Source: Methanomethylovorans hollandica DSM 15978 (GTDB lineage Archaea > Halobacteriota > Methanosarcinia > Methanosarcinales > Methanosarcinaceae). Taken from it: DNA of 64,000 nucleotides. Below are positions 39,582 to 50,200 of the stretch, piece after piece. A program made the translations under genes and the position numbers. The notes beneath the pieces were generated by a model that had not been told where the DNA came from, made no database searches, and worked only from the letters and a program-made list of their open reading frames with translations. Every line of letters begins with the position of its first letter. Position 1 is the first letter of the stretch. The stretch is taken from the NCBI RefSeq assembly GCF_000328665.1, contig NC_019972.1, positions 1-64,000 of the forward strand. The letters are read 5' to 3'.

Positions 39582-42500
39582 TATTCTCGCCTCGATTGAT
39601 AATTTCCATTATTTGATCGATATTCTCATTCTCATCAGTCGTTTCATCTGTTTTGTCTTCTAGTCCCGGTAATGTGTAATCCTTTTTCTTGACTGGAATG
39701 GTTTTAGTCTCGTTTGCTCCAAGGCTACCCTTTAACGTGAAACCTTTTTCACCAATGTTTACAATCATTACTTTATTATCAGTCAAAGTTGGGGGCACGA
39801 TGTTGGTATTGAAGGATATATTCTTCTCAAATATAGCTGGCTTCTGACCTCTATTGCTAATAACAATATTGTATTCTGCAGTTGCTTCTGTTATCTTCAT
39901 CTTGAAGTTTGGCAATCTCTTGTACCAGAACTTGTACGCCATTGCTCCGACCAGAAGAACGGCTGCAAGACAAGCTACTACTGTAAATGCTGTTTTCTTC
40001 AGTTTATTGCTCTCATATTCTTTGACAATAGATTCGCATTGTTTCCTGAAGTCATCAGAAACTTGAATATTGTTATCTACAATTGTTTTTGCTAATGTGT
40101 ATTTTGTACTTGGTGCTTGTAAAAGTGGTATTAGGTTTTTGCTATCATATGGTATAGTATAGTTGCTCTTTTGTGCATCAGGCAATGAATCATAGATACC
40201 CATAAATGTATCTATTTGGGTAGTTAATTGTACCAGATTATTTGTATTTACCTGATGTGTTGAATCATCATTTGGCCATGATTCGATTTCTTTGAGTAGA
40301 TCCTGTATTGCTGGTACGATAGGATCATAGTACATATCGACATACTGCATCCTAAGCTCTTGAATAAGTGTGTTGTTTGATTTGGCTATTTCAACAGCAT
40401 TACTATTCAATAGTGTGTGTATTGTATAGCTTTGCTCTTCTGTGATCAGTGGATTCTGCGTTAAAGCCGATAGATCTGCTGTCGTAATTGGAATTGTGTA
40501 TGGACTATACATCCTTTCATTGATCAGGTTATTGATTGCTACATCTGCAGCGAGAATTGATGCAGTACCATACGATTGTTTGATAAGGTATTCAGCATTT
40601 GTATTTTCATTCCAGTTTGCTATAATTGCTGATTCTTCATCGATGTTCGGATTCTCTGATATCCGATTCAATACGTTTTTTAGTGTTTCGATATCTACAC
40701 TCTTTGTATAGTAGATCTCTACAGAGGGCTTATTATCAGAATCATATGATAGAAATACTTTCTTATGTGGAATAGACATACACTGGATTCTTGCTTCCTG
40801 AATAGCTGCAAGGTACACTGCATTTCTGATGTTAGAATTCTTAATACTGTTCAAGTAGAAATCTGCTTTTGCTAGGTATAGATCTGCTAGTTGATCAGAA
40901 CTATACATTTCTACAAAGTCTGGATAACTGCTAATTGTTTTAGATAATCTTTCGTTGGCGTTGACGTAAATTGCACAGAACTGATTGAGTGATTCGATTT
41001 CAGCAGTAGAATTAGAATCTTCGTTTTCAACTTCTTTCAGAGAAAGAGTTGTTGGAGATGCTGAATATAATCCATTACTGTATTTAAGTTCTTGATTATA
41101 TGCACTTAAATATAGACTGCTTGCAACAGTATCTATCAGATTCCAATCATAATATCCGTTTGCAAATGGAGCAATTCCATTGTAGTAATAGTCTGATTTT
41201 AAATATACTGAATTGATATTATTCTCTTCTTTGTAATTATCAAGGTTTGTACTATAATCCTTTTTTAATTCCTTGAGTTTAGTTCGCTTATCTCGAAGTT
41301 CCTTAAGTTCTTTTTCTTCGTTTGCATCAAGGACCAAATCTTCTTTTGAAGCATTTGCTTCTTCAGGAGTAATTATGTTGTCTCCCTGATTTTGGAGTTC
41401 CTTTATCCTGGCATTAATGTCATACAATTCTTTTTCTATTGTCCTAACAGCTTCATTTTGAACTACATAGTTATTGAACAATACCCATTCATCACTCGTC
41501 ATAAATGGTTCATTTATTTGATATGCTGAGTATATGACAGAACTCCATATCATATAGCTCTCATGCTTTTGGTATGAGAGATCTATGAGTTTATCGAGTG
41601 GTACAGTTAAGTAAGTGACAGATACTTTGTCTTCGTCTTCTTCCTTTGTCTGGTTTCCTTCGATTAATGCAAAACTTTCAATCTTAAATGATGAGGACAT
41701 CTCATATTTATCAAGAATTTCAGTTAATCTTTCAGTATTCTCTTCGAGAGAATCTTCAATTGCTTGATATCTTTCGACTTCTTCATCTGAACCAACGTAT
41801 TCAATAGTTCCATCAGTATTCTTTATAATCTCAATTAGATCACTATATTTCTCGAGCTCTTCGGTGAGAACTTTATTTTCTTCAGTTAACAGTTTGAATT
41901 CTCTGTAATCTTCTGAAGATTCGCTGGTTTTATCCATTTCAAACTGATTATAGTCAGAGAATGCAGAATAATACTGCTTTTTTAAATATGCTTCATCTTC
42001 TGCACTTTCTATAATGAACTCGTTTTTAGCAGTTTCGTGGAAATCATTTACGTCCTTGTATAAAGTTGCATCATATTCTGTTTCCTGTTCAATTACATAT
42101 CCTTTTAGGATCATTTGCTTCGTTAAAATTGTTTGTAATGATGATCCAATATTTGTTTTTCCTATATTGATCCATGCTTTACTGATAATGTCTTTTTCTT
42201 CATCAGAAGCCTGTTCATTTGTTTCATAGCTCTTTGTTAAGAGAGCATTTGCAAGAATAAATTGTATTAATGCAGTATCATCATGATTCTTGTTAATTAC
42301 CCGATTTTGATTATCAATGGTAGTTGGCATATATCCATTTTGTAGATAGACTTCTGCTAATCGGGAATGCATTGAGTAATAGTTCTTGTAAATCACTGAT
42401 AAATCTTCTTTTGGAGCAACCGATGCTGCAACAGCCATTGCCATTAAATCATTTGTAATATCAATGGTATTTGTATTTTCAGTGGTTTCTGCGAGACATG

Positions 42501-42618
42501 GCTGTAAGAAGGTTGATAAATAAATTAAAAGAACAAAAAAAATAAAGAGGTTATTGTTTTTCATAGGGTCCTCCTTACTTTTTAGTTGAAATTGGTTTAT
42601 CTCCAATTTTCTTACCAA
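39574..42618 (-). CDS. large exported acidic coiled-coil protein with C-terminal membrane anchor
   Basis: Signal peptide from MKNNNLF (about 42564), helical repeats, TM helix TAFTVVACLAAVLLVGAMAY. Confidence 0.75.
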   Translation of the reverse strand: MVRKLEINQFQLKSKEDPMKNNNLFIFFVLLIYLSTFLQPCLAETTENTNTIDITNDLMAMAVAASVAPKEDLSVIYKNYYSMHSRLAEVYLQNGYMPTTIDNQNRVINKNHDDTALIQFILANALLTKSYETNEQASDEEKDIISKAWINIGKTNIGSSLQTILTKQMILKGYVIEQETEYDATLYKDVNDFHETAKNEFIIESAEDEAYLKKQYYSAFSDYNQFEMDKTSESSEDYREFKLLTEENKVLTEELEKYSDLIEIIKNTDGTIEYVGSDEEVERYQAIEDSLEENTERLTEILDKYEMSSSFKIESFALIEGNQTKEEDEDKVSVTYLTVPLDKLIDLSYQKHESYMIWSSVIYSAYQINEPFMTSDEWVLFNNYVVQNEAVRTIEKELYDINARIKELQNQGDNIITPEEANASKEDLVLDANEEKELKELRDKRTKLKELKKDYSTNLDNYKEENNINSVYLKSDYYYNGIAPFANGYYDWNLIDTVASSLYLSAYNQELKYSNGLYSASPTTLSLKEVENEDSNSTAEIESLNQFCAIYVNANERLSKTISSYPDFVEMYSSDQLADLYLAKADFYLNSIKNSNIRNAVYLAAIQEARIQCMSIPHKKVFLSYDSDNKPSVEIYYTKSVDIETLKNVLNRISENPNIDEESAIIANWNENTNAEYLIKQSYGTASILAADVAINNLINERMYSPYTIPITTADLSALTQNPLITEEQSYTIHTLLNSNAVEIAKSNNTLIQELRMQYVDMYYDPIVPAIQDLLKEIESWPNDDSTHQVNTNNLVQLTTQIDTFMGIYDSLPDAQKSNYTIPYDSKNLIPLLQAPSTKYTLAKTIVDNNIQVSDDFRKQCESIVKEYESNKLKKTAFTVVACLAAVLLVGAMAYKFWYKRLPNFKMKITEATAEYNIVISNRGQKPAIFEKNISFNTNIVPPTLTDNKVMIVNIGEKGFTLKGSLGANETKTIPVKKKDYTLPGLEDKTDETTDENENIDQIMEIINRGENNE

Positions 42619-44017
42619 ACAAAGACTTTACCAATCCTAATTTACCAGTTGTTTTTGGTACGTTTTTCTCTTTTTGTTTGTCGTTGTTTTTTGATGGAGT
42701 TTCAACTGGTTTTGCGATCATACGCTTTTTCATCATTTCTTCATAGAGATTTTTTGGCTCATTAAAGATCCTGTGTATATCCTTCTGTTCGATTCTAGTG
42801 CGATTAAGAACATGTAGTGCCGTTATCCTTAACGGATAATCTAGACAGGTATTTGTTCCAATGACAAGTTTGTTTCTGTATGATAGGTTCGCCATCGTTC
42901 CATCGACATCCATAGGAATTACACTTAGGAGAGGTAATTGACTTTTTTGAATTGCAGCAACAGCTTCATCTAACTGATCGGGAAGTACGCTATTGAGGAT
43001 AATCCCCCTAACCTGTATTTCGGACATGTATTTTTTCAGCATGTCGATTTCAACATTAAGGTTACTTGGAGTAGCAACTGCAATCATTTCAGTGTTGCTC
43101 ATGCTAATAAGTACATTTTTTAAGGTGTTGCTTGTGGCTTCTGTGTCATAGAATACATGACTGAATTTCAGCTGTAGACATCTGTTTATTTCATCCATTT
43201 CACGGCTGATCTGAGACGGGTGACACATATCACTGATAATTGCTCTACCTTTCGATGGTACAAGTGATAATGTATTCACAGGAAGAGGAGATGTAGGAGT
43301 TGACCGGTATCCCAACCTATTGAATATGTATGCAATAGGAAGGCCATAATTGAACTTAAAAATAGAAGGATATATTTCTCCAAGGAATTGTCTGTTTGCC
43401 TCCATCCTGAATTTAAGATCGCTTCTCATCTTTTCTCTATCATCAAGTTTTTGTAAGGTCTCAGGCCTTAATTTGAAGTCTGTATAATTCAGAAGTTGTA
43501 AATGTTCTTGTGTTATTTCGTTATTGTATAGATCTTCATGATAAAGGACATTAGTTAATCCAATCGCCAGTGCCTTTGTCACGATTCTCTGTTGCGTCTG
43601 ATCAACGACTCCTTCAATTCTATCGCGTTGAAGGATTATTTTTGTTTCTTCCGGGAAGTGAGTGTATATATGATATGAAAGTGGGTCATTAAGATTGCAT
43701 AATCTTGCTGCAAGTTCTAATGGTTCTACGATTTCATCTGTATCAATCATTGCAGTCTGATTTTTAAAGATGCCGTTGATTATGTTCTCTGTGGTAATCA
43801 CCATCTCCGATTTTTCAAGTTGTTCAATCTCATCATTTTTTGCAGATGGAATTAACATCTTGGTTGCGGTCTGATTTCTTGTATCTCCATCAACTAAGAG
43901 TGTTGGATCCTCTTTAAGATGGGATATATAGGATGTCACGTTTACGGCAATTGTGGTCTTCCCAGATCCTCCTTTTTCGGAGGAAAACACTATCGATGCA
44001 TTTGTCATTCTCGTCAC
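42575..44017 (-). CDS. ParA/MinD-family ATPase (TadZ/CpaE-like position)
   Basis: Deviant Walker A KGGSGKTT, LLVDGD, VFYDT and GIILN; large internal insertion. Confidence 0.8.
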   Translation of the reverse strand: MTRMTNASIVFSSEKGGSGKTTIAVNVTSYISHLKEDPTLLVDGDTRNQTATKMLIPSAKNDEIEQLEKSEMVITTENIINGIFKNQTAMIDTDEIVEPLELAARLCNLNDPLSYHIYTHFPEETKIILQRDRIEGVVDQTQQRIVTKALAIGLTNVLYHEDLYNNEITQEHLQLLNYTDFKLRPETLQKLDDREKMRSDLKFRMEANRQFLGEIYPSIFKFNYGLPIAYIFNRLGYRSTPTSPLPVNTLSLVPSKGRAIISDMCHPSQISREMDEINRCLQLKFSHVFYDTEATSNTLKNVLISMSNTEMIAVATPSNLNVEIDMLKKYMSEIQVRGIILNSVLPDQLDEAVAAIQKSQLPLLSVIPMDVDGTMANLSYRNKLVIGTNTCLDYPLRITALHVLNRTRIEQKDIHRIFNEPKNLYEEMMKKRMIAKPVETPSKNNDKQKEKNVPKTTGKLGLVKSLFGKKIGDKPISTKK

Positions 44018-44026
44018 CTGCTGAAC

Positions 44027-44545
44027 TTAATTTTGTAAGAACTGATCTAGAAATCCTTGGGATTCTTCCGGTTTTGAATCAGATTTGTTTGTTGTTTCAA
44101 TATCCTTTTTTTGGAGGTCTCTGATAGGACTGACTAGAGAACTCTCGGGTGTTTTTGGTACTGAGTTATTATCATTACTTGGAGTTCTGGTAAATGAATT
44201 ATTTACGATTTTTAGGATAGCGTCAGGTGTTAATCCCATCTTGTTGAGTTGATTTGTGATTCCAGCAGCAATTTTTTGTTCTTGCATGCTTTCATTTATC
44301 TTTAGTGCCTGTCCTACTACAACTGCTGTATCAATCGAATGCGTTTCTCGCATCAATCGTATTGTCATTTCCATGGTATAGAGTTGGTTTGTCATGATGC
44401 CAATTGTATATGGTGCAAGACGAACCTTTCCTTCTGTGTCAATTACAAAAAGAGGGCTTTTTTGGACTGAATCTCTAAGTTGTTGTTGAAGAGATTCAAA
44501 CAGGGGATAATTACCATTCAGGAGATTGAACATTAGTTTATCCAT
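44027..44545 (-). CDS. hypothetical protein
   Basis: 172-aa ORF heading the operon. Confidence 0.65.
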   Translation of the reverse strand: MDKLMFNLLNGNYPLFESLQQQLRDSVQKSPLFVIDTEGKVRLAPYTIGIMTNQLYTMEMTIRLMRETHSIDTAVVVGQALKINESMQEQKIAAGITNQLNKMGLTPDAILKIVNNSFTRTPSNDNNSVPKTPESSLVSPIRDLQKKDIETTNKSDSKPEESQGFLDQFLQN

Positions 44546-45059
44546 AGTATTGATTCCTGTATTGTTGTCTTAAATATTCTAGATTCAGGCTATATACTAC
44601 CAATGATGTTAAAGAATGCTTTTTTTCATAGGTAATATATGATTCGAATCGTAAGTATTATAGTTAACACTATCTTGATAGGTATCTGTTTTCAAAAACT
44701 GACTGAACATACATAAATGTATATGTTATGGACTATCAGATTTTTGAATGACTATTAGAACGATTTATTGTCCATATACTATATATAGATTTACTACAAT
44801 TGTTAAAAGAAAGAAATAAAATAAATCTTACTTTGAAAGTGCTGCAATTCTAAACTGAATTCTTTCGCAGAGGTAGAGTTAATGGAAGGTTTCAACCAAA
44901 TATTTATAAAACTCATTAATCTTGTTCTGGATATGTTTGTTTATCTTTCAGGAAAAGTTAGTATGAGCATGTTGTTTTTCTATTTAATATCGATTGTTTT
45001 TTTTGCAATGGCAATATCATCAAATCTCTTATCCCTTTCGATTCACGGAGGATGAAAAA

Positions 45060-45347
45060 GTGTTTGGAAAGAAAATGGAATTTGCACTTATTTTTGATGA
45101 TATCATTAATCTTTTTTGTGAGGCATATACATGTCTCGCAATATCGATTATGATTTCTTGTTTCTATATTATTGTACAAAGCGCACTATGTTTTGCTTAT
45201 TCTCACATGGGAAAATACGTTTTATATTCAGTAGTAGCTCCATTTAGAGATGTTCCTGTGCTCGGAGGAGTAATTGAAGTATATATAGATCATTTAATAT
45301 CACAGGATACACAGGCATATAATGCATTTATGGCATCAAGTTTCTAA
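45060..45347 (+). CDS. orphan member of the MFxxK membrane/pilin-like family (MFGKKMEF...)
   Basis: GTG start after GGAGG RBS; hydrophobic. Confidence 0.55.
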   Translation: MFGKKMEFALIFDDIINLFCEAYTCLAISIMISCFYIIVQSALCFAYSHMGKYVLYSVVAPFRDVPVLGGVIEVYIDHLISQDTQAYNAFMASSF

Positions 45348-45352
45348 AAAAA

Positions 45353-47500
45353 TTAGCTGTTTTCTTCTACAAGAGAAGAAACCAATTCTATTTCTTTGTC
45401 AATATTTGGCGTGTAAATAATCCTGCTTTTTGTCTCTTTTTTTTGTTCTTGACAATTTTCATTCTTACACTGGAAGCATGGTCCTTTTCCTAATCCCCAT
45501 TTATAATCTCTTTTTTCTGTATGTACAATGAACATTGGCAAGTTCGATTCAGGACACAAACCTACAATTTCCAACGTTCCAACTTTAGGAATTGATAGAA
45601 TATTTTTACATTCAGGATATCCATAACAACCTACGAATCTACGGAGTTCTCCATCTGGGTCAGTATATTGCTTAACGGTAAGTGCTTTTTTACATTTTGG
45701 GCATTGGCCTACGATCTGGAACTCTGGACTAATCAGTATCTTCTCAAGATTTTCTTGAATTTTATTTTCGTTTAATATAATTGATTTTGAAACCAATTCT
45801 ATCAAATGAATTCCTTGATTAATTGCATCATCAAATGTTTTTTTACTTGAAAGTACATCAAGTGAAAGTAAATTAAATGAATTCCTGATATTGAATGAAG
45901 TTATTATTGGAACATTTTTTTGGAAGAGTTTTACAATCTCTTTACCAAGGGATGTTGTCTTTAGATTTTTCTGAGATCGAGATAAAAAACCTCTTCTGAT
46001 ACAATTTTCAATTATTTTTGTAGTATTAAATCCAGAACTTTCTTTATGAGCATGTGTATATATGTCAAAATAGGAGAACGGCTGAAGCTGTGGTTTTATT
46101 TTGCTCATTCCAATTTTTTTTAATGGGAACTGATCACCAGGTACACAATTTAGAGGAGATCTTAGTTCAATCAGGTCAAAAATATATGTCCCTGTCCACC
46201 CATTATTCAGGATTGTTCCATTAATACAATAAAAATTCTCATTTCCTACCGAAAAACTGATTTTTTGTTGTTCGATTTCAAATGGTCCGGAAAGAAGGCC
46301 AGCATAGTGCCTGAATATTATTGAAAATACACCTTGCATCTTCTTATCTTTATCGTGTTGCATTGCAAGTGGCCTGCAGGGGTATATTGGAGTTGTTTTT
46401 CTTGAACTAGTCCCTCTGTAAGTGCTTCCATTTTCGAGAATCTTTTCACAGATCGTAGTAAATCTCTTTTTAAAAAGCGTCCATTCTTTCAAAGGAGACA
46501 AAAAATCAAAATCTATAGGATATTCTTGTTCATTCGTAAAAGGATATGATATGTAACCGAGTTTATATAGTTCTTGTAAAACATTAATTATTTCATTTGT
46601 AGATATATCTAAATGTTTACCGCATTCTGTCATCAAAGATGCAAAATTCAGGGGTTTGGGAGGAGCTATTCTTATTATTCTATTTTCAATATGCTGTACT
46701 GTTGCAACAGTATTTATGCTTTTGATTTTTTTCATCCGTCCACTAGCTTCTTGTTTTGAACTAAATACGTTTTCTATTGGCTCAATAACTACTCCTATTT
46801 TATTTCCAATATCAATTTTACCAAAAATGCTCCACTTTTCGTTTATCCTCTCTTTTTCAATGGCTTCTTCGTGTTCAAGGATCAAATTTAATAAAGGTAT
46901 TTGACAAGTATCAATCACAAAGTATCCGATATGATCTCTTGTCTTTTTTGAAAGATAGTTGGATAATTGATAAGTGAGTACGTTTTGATATATGTGTTCA
47001 AGCATCATCAGGACATTGTAACTATCGGCTTTTGATTGTTCAATTGATTCAGGATTAAATAAATTTCTTTTAATATCTCTGTATGAGAATGTGTTGCATC
47101 TCATTCTTTTGACAGGAATCGAATATTTCATTTTAGAGACGAGTTTTGCTACCTCTACAGCAATGCAATCGCCTTCTGGAGTATTTTCGGTGGCAACAAT
47201 CACTAAATCTGATTTTGGAATAACTGATTCCAATAAGTATGTTGCTTCACTTTCCTTATCTTGCATTTTTATTGGACGTGATAGGAAATCTGTATATTTA
47301 ATATCTTTTTTTTGCGGAAACACATAGCTATAATCCATAAGATGACCACTAAAATAAGTTATTTTGTAAAGAGTATTATTCCACTTAATCTCGATTACAG
47401 GTATTCCTCTCACGTTGTATGTGTAAGAATCCTCTCCCAATGCTTGGGTAATTTGAGTTGCATAAGCATGTTTAGTAGTTAATATGGCTATAGTTCGCAT
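45353..47500 (-). CDS. type IA topoisomerase-like protein with degenerate catalytic motifs
   Basis: TOPRIM-like N-terminus, GHL, PPKP, LQELYKLGYISYP and C-terminal Zn ribbons (CPKC..FVGCYGYPEC). Confidence 0.85.
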   Translation of the reverse strand: MRTIAILTTKHAYATQITQALGEDSYTYNVRGIPVIEIKWNNTLYKITYFSGHLMDYSYVFPQKKDIKYTDFLSRPIKMQDKESEATYLLESVIPKSDLVIVATENTPEGDCIAVEVAKLVSKMKYSIPVKRMRCNTFSYRDIKRNLFNPESIEQSKADSYNVLMMLEHIYQNVLTYQLSNYLSKKTRDHIGYFVIDTCQIPLLNLILEHEEAIEKERINEKWSIFGKIDIGNKIGVVIEPIENVFSSKQEASGRMKKIKSINTVATVQHIENRIIRIAPPKPLNFASLMTECGKHLDISTNEIINVLQELYKLGYISYPFTNEQEYPIDFDFLSPLKEWTLFKKRFTTICEKILENGSTYRGTSSRKTTPIYPCRPLAMQHDKDKKMQGVFSIIFRHYAGLLSGPFEIEQQKISFSVGNENFYCINGTILNNGWTGTYIFDLIELRSPLNCVPGDQFPLKKIGMSKIKPQLQPFSYFDIYTHAHKESSGFNTTKIIENCIRRGFLSRSQKNLKTTSLGKEIVKLFQKNVPIITSFNIRNSFNLLSLDVLSSKKTFDDAINQGIHLIELVSKSIILNENKIQENLEKILISPEFQIVGQCPKCKKALTVKQYTDPDGELRRFVGCYGYPECKNILSIPKVGTLEIVGLCPESNLPMFIVHTEKRDYKWGLGKGPCFQCKNENCQEQKKETKSRIIYTPNIDKEIELVSSLVEENS

Positions 47501-47553
47501 ATAATCACCTAAAAAATGGGGGAAACCCCCAATAATTCATAAAAACATTCGTT

Positions 47554-48837
47554 CTATTTCTTAGTGTAAGATCCCTGGATTCTCCGTTGAACTGTATCAG
47601 GCATGACGATATATTGATAGTTTTCATTACCTATCTGAATAGTAGCAGTCTTAGGGACTATAGCTAATGAATACGCTTCTTCTAATGTACTGGTTTTTTT
47701 CAGTTCAGAATTGTCTACAGTAAGTGAAGTAATCTGATATTCACTTGAATTTGTACGCAAGAGGACAGCAGCTTTCTGTTTTCCCGAAGTGGATACATTA
47801 AAGCTGAATGAATCATTAGTTAATATCATGTTTGAAAGTTTGCATTCAGGGTTCAGTATAACAGGAACTACTGTTGTTTCATTATCAAAACTGAAAAAGT
47901 CTATGATAATACTTAATTTTTTGCTTGCGAGTAATGAGACATACTCATCAAGAGCAGTATCATCTTTTTCATTGATGCCCATGAGCACGGATCCTTTTTT
48001 ACCCATGAATGTTATTTTATCTCTATCATTGCGTATTTCTCCATTTCCAATTAGAACAAAGGTGTTATGATATATTCCACTAGTACATTTGATTACTTGA
48101 GGATTGTATCCTGAAAACTCAGATACTTTGAATTCTTCGGGTATGACCACTTCAACAATTCCATCATCATTGAAATTTATGTAAAAGTACCCATCTTGTT
48201 TGTCAATTACATTTATGCTTGCATTTGCAGTCTTAAAAGTCGCAATTCCACTACTGTTTAAAATCCCGGTTATTTTGGAACCCACATAGCCCTTTCCTTT
48301 TCCACAGTTGATTCCGGAATTTTGTAGAGGGTATGCTGCCAGTGATTTGAAATATTGGTCTTCTCCGATATATAGTCTGGAAAGGAGGAAGTCCGTCTTT
48401 GCTACTTTTGAATGATTGAAGTTTATCCATTTCCATGTAGTACTATCTCCATTAAGTGAAGTCGAAGGTGCTAATTTAACTTCTACATAGCGTTTTCCAC
48501 TAAGAGGAACTACCAATCCATCATAGTTTTTTACATTTCCATTATAATTCACGTTAACTTCGTATGTCTTTCCTCTTGTTACTGATAATCCAAAAAGACC
48601 TTTAGGATCAGTTGTTGTTGTGTATATCTTATCAGTATCGAGATTTCTGGCAGTAACAGTTGCACCATAGAGCCCGATACCCAAGTTATTTGTAACTTTT
48701 CCATATAGATTAGCAGAATTGAATTCCTCTTGGTCAATTAATGATGGACGAATATCAAGAGGAGTTGCAACAGCGGTTCCTACCAGTATAATGGCTAAAA
48801 GCAAAATGCCTAATTTTTTGTACATGTAATCACTCAC
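47554..48837 (-). CDS. secreted protein with carboxypeptidase-regulatory-like domain
   Basis: Signal peptide; GKVTN..G..L.GATV...TTTDPKG.F. Confidence 0.65.
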   Translation of the reverse strand: MSDYMYKKLGILLLAIILVGTAVATPLDIRPSLIDQEEFNSANLYGKVTNNLGIGLYGATVTARNLDTDKIYTTTTDPKGLFGLSVTRGKTYEVNVNYNGNVKNYDGLVVPLSGKRYVEVKLAPSTSLNGDSTTWKWINFNHSKVAKTDFLLSRLYIGEDQYFKSLAAYPLQNSGINCGKGKGYVGSKITGILNSSGIATFKTANASINVIDKQDGYFYINFNDDGIVEVVIPEEFKVSEFSGYNPQVIKCTSGIYHNTFVLIGNGEIRNDRDKITFMGKKGSVLMGINEKDDTALDEYVSLLASKKLSIIIDFFSFDNETTVVPVILNPECKLSNMILTNDSFSFNVSTSGKQKAAVLLRTNSSEYQITSLTVDNSELKKTSTLEEAYSLAIVPKTATIQIGNENYQYIVMPDTVQRRIQGSYTKK

Positions 48838-50200
48838 GAATCTCTAAACATTGTCGGTTATCTTTTTTTATGTAGTATTGTTCTGGAAAACTCAGGGATG
48901 ATATCCAGCACCTGGGACATTGATTATATCCGATGCAATAAGGAACAAAACCTGAATGACCATAAAGGTATTTTGGTGTTTCGTTTTCATCGATTAAAGA
49001 ACGTAGTTGTTCATTTGTCAGATTATATGAATACTTTTCAAGGCCAATAATATCTTTGATTATATAATGGCAATCTTCAATGGTATAGAACCATAGCAAG
49101 GTCGAAAACATAGGAACTAATACATTATGAGGTCCTCCTTTCATTTCAAATATTTTTTTCATGCACGGGAATTGCACGAGTTGACCTATATCTTCAAATG
49201 TTTCAAGATTTATTTTGGGTTTTATAGGATATAATGTGTATTTCAACCATGTACCACATTTTCTTATGCGTACTTTGTTTTTAATAAGAGGAGAAGAGAG
49301 GAGATCATGAATATTATTTTTGATATCAGAATGTTTTTTTTGCAAGGATTCATTTGTTCTGGTAGAAGCATATTCCTGTAGTAGGTATGAGATAATTGCT
49401 TTTTCATGTTCATTTTCTGGTTTGTATTTATCTAGCAGGTTTCTGATTGCTGAAACTGTGAGTTCCCGTTTAACCATTTTCTTGTCATCAAGAATATTGT
49501 ATAATAGTTTGAAACGGGTAAGGGTTAATTTATCAATATATGATAGTTTATTATATTCTTTTGTTCGAATTGATTGTTCGAATGATTCAATTGTTGTTTC
49601 AAATTCAAGTCCTCTTTCTATAAAAGAAGGGTTTGCTTTTATTACGATTTCTGATATTTTATTCAGTTCCAATTGGCTGTCGGTGATCCAGTATGCAAGT
49701 TGGTACAATATATATTCATTTCCAACGATTACTTTAAAATTATTGAATCCCTGGACATAATTAACCATATTGCTAATACAGCATTCCAAAGGAATCAGTA
49801 AGGTATTATCTTTTCTTTCAATTACTAATTTATCAATATAGAGGTTTTTAGATAACATTGCAGAAAGGTCTTTATCACTCAGACTCACAACTTCCTCTTT
49901 AGCAACAGAGAACATGATTTCATTGCACTTTTGCTGGAATGATTTATTGAGTTTTCTATGTTTTCTTGATAGTTGGAATGCCAAGAAGTATGCCATCATA
50001 AATACAAGCGGTTTTCCTTTAAGCAGGCACTTTAGTATCTCATTGCTTGTATTTTCTGGATTTAGAAACTGGTAGAGGATATTATTAAACGCTGGATTAG
50101 TTATCTGTTCAGCATTTATGTTACTTGTGAGTTCTCTGGATATTGTTTCTTCTGGGTACATATCAGAAAACAATAGCATAGCATGTTGCTTTTCCATCAT
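48830..50200 (-). CDS. primase large-subunit (PriL)-like protein
   Basis: C-terminal FPCM...H...C..C..C cluster; coupled to priS. Confidence 0.6.
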   Translation of the reverse strand: MMEKQHAMLLFSDMYPEETISRELTSNINAEQITNPAFNNILYQFLNPENTSNEILKCLLKGKPLVFMMAYFLAFQLSRKHRKLNKSFQQKCNEIMFSVAKEEVVSLSDKDLSAMLSKNLYIDKLVIERKDNTLLIPLECCISNMVNYVQGFNNFKVIVGNEYILYQLAYWITDSQLELNKISEIVIKANPSFIERGLEFETTIESFEQSIRTKEYNKLSYIDKLTLTRFKLLYNILDDKKMVKRELTVSAIRNLLDKYKPENEHEKAIISYLLQEYASTRTNESLQKKHSDIKNNIHDLLSSPLIKNKVRIRKCGTWLKYTLYPIKPKINLETFEDIGQLVQFPCMKKIFEMKGGPHNVLVPMFSTLLWFYTIEDCHYIIKDIIGLEKYSYNLTNEQLRSLIDENETPKYLYGHSGFVPYCIGYNQCPRCWISSLSFPEQYYIKKDNRQCLEIRE

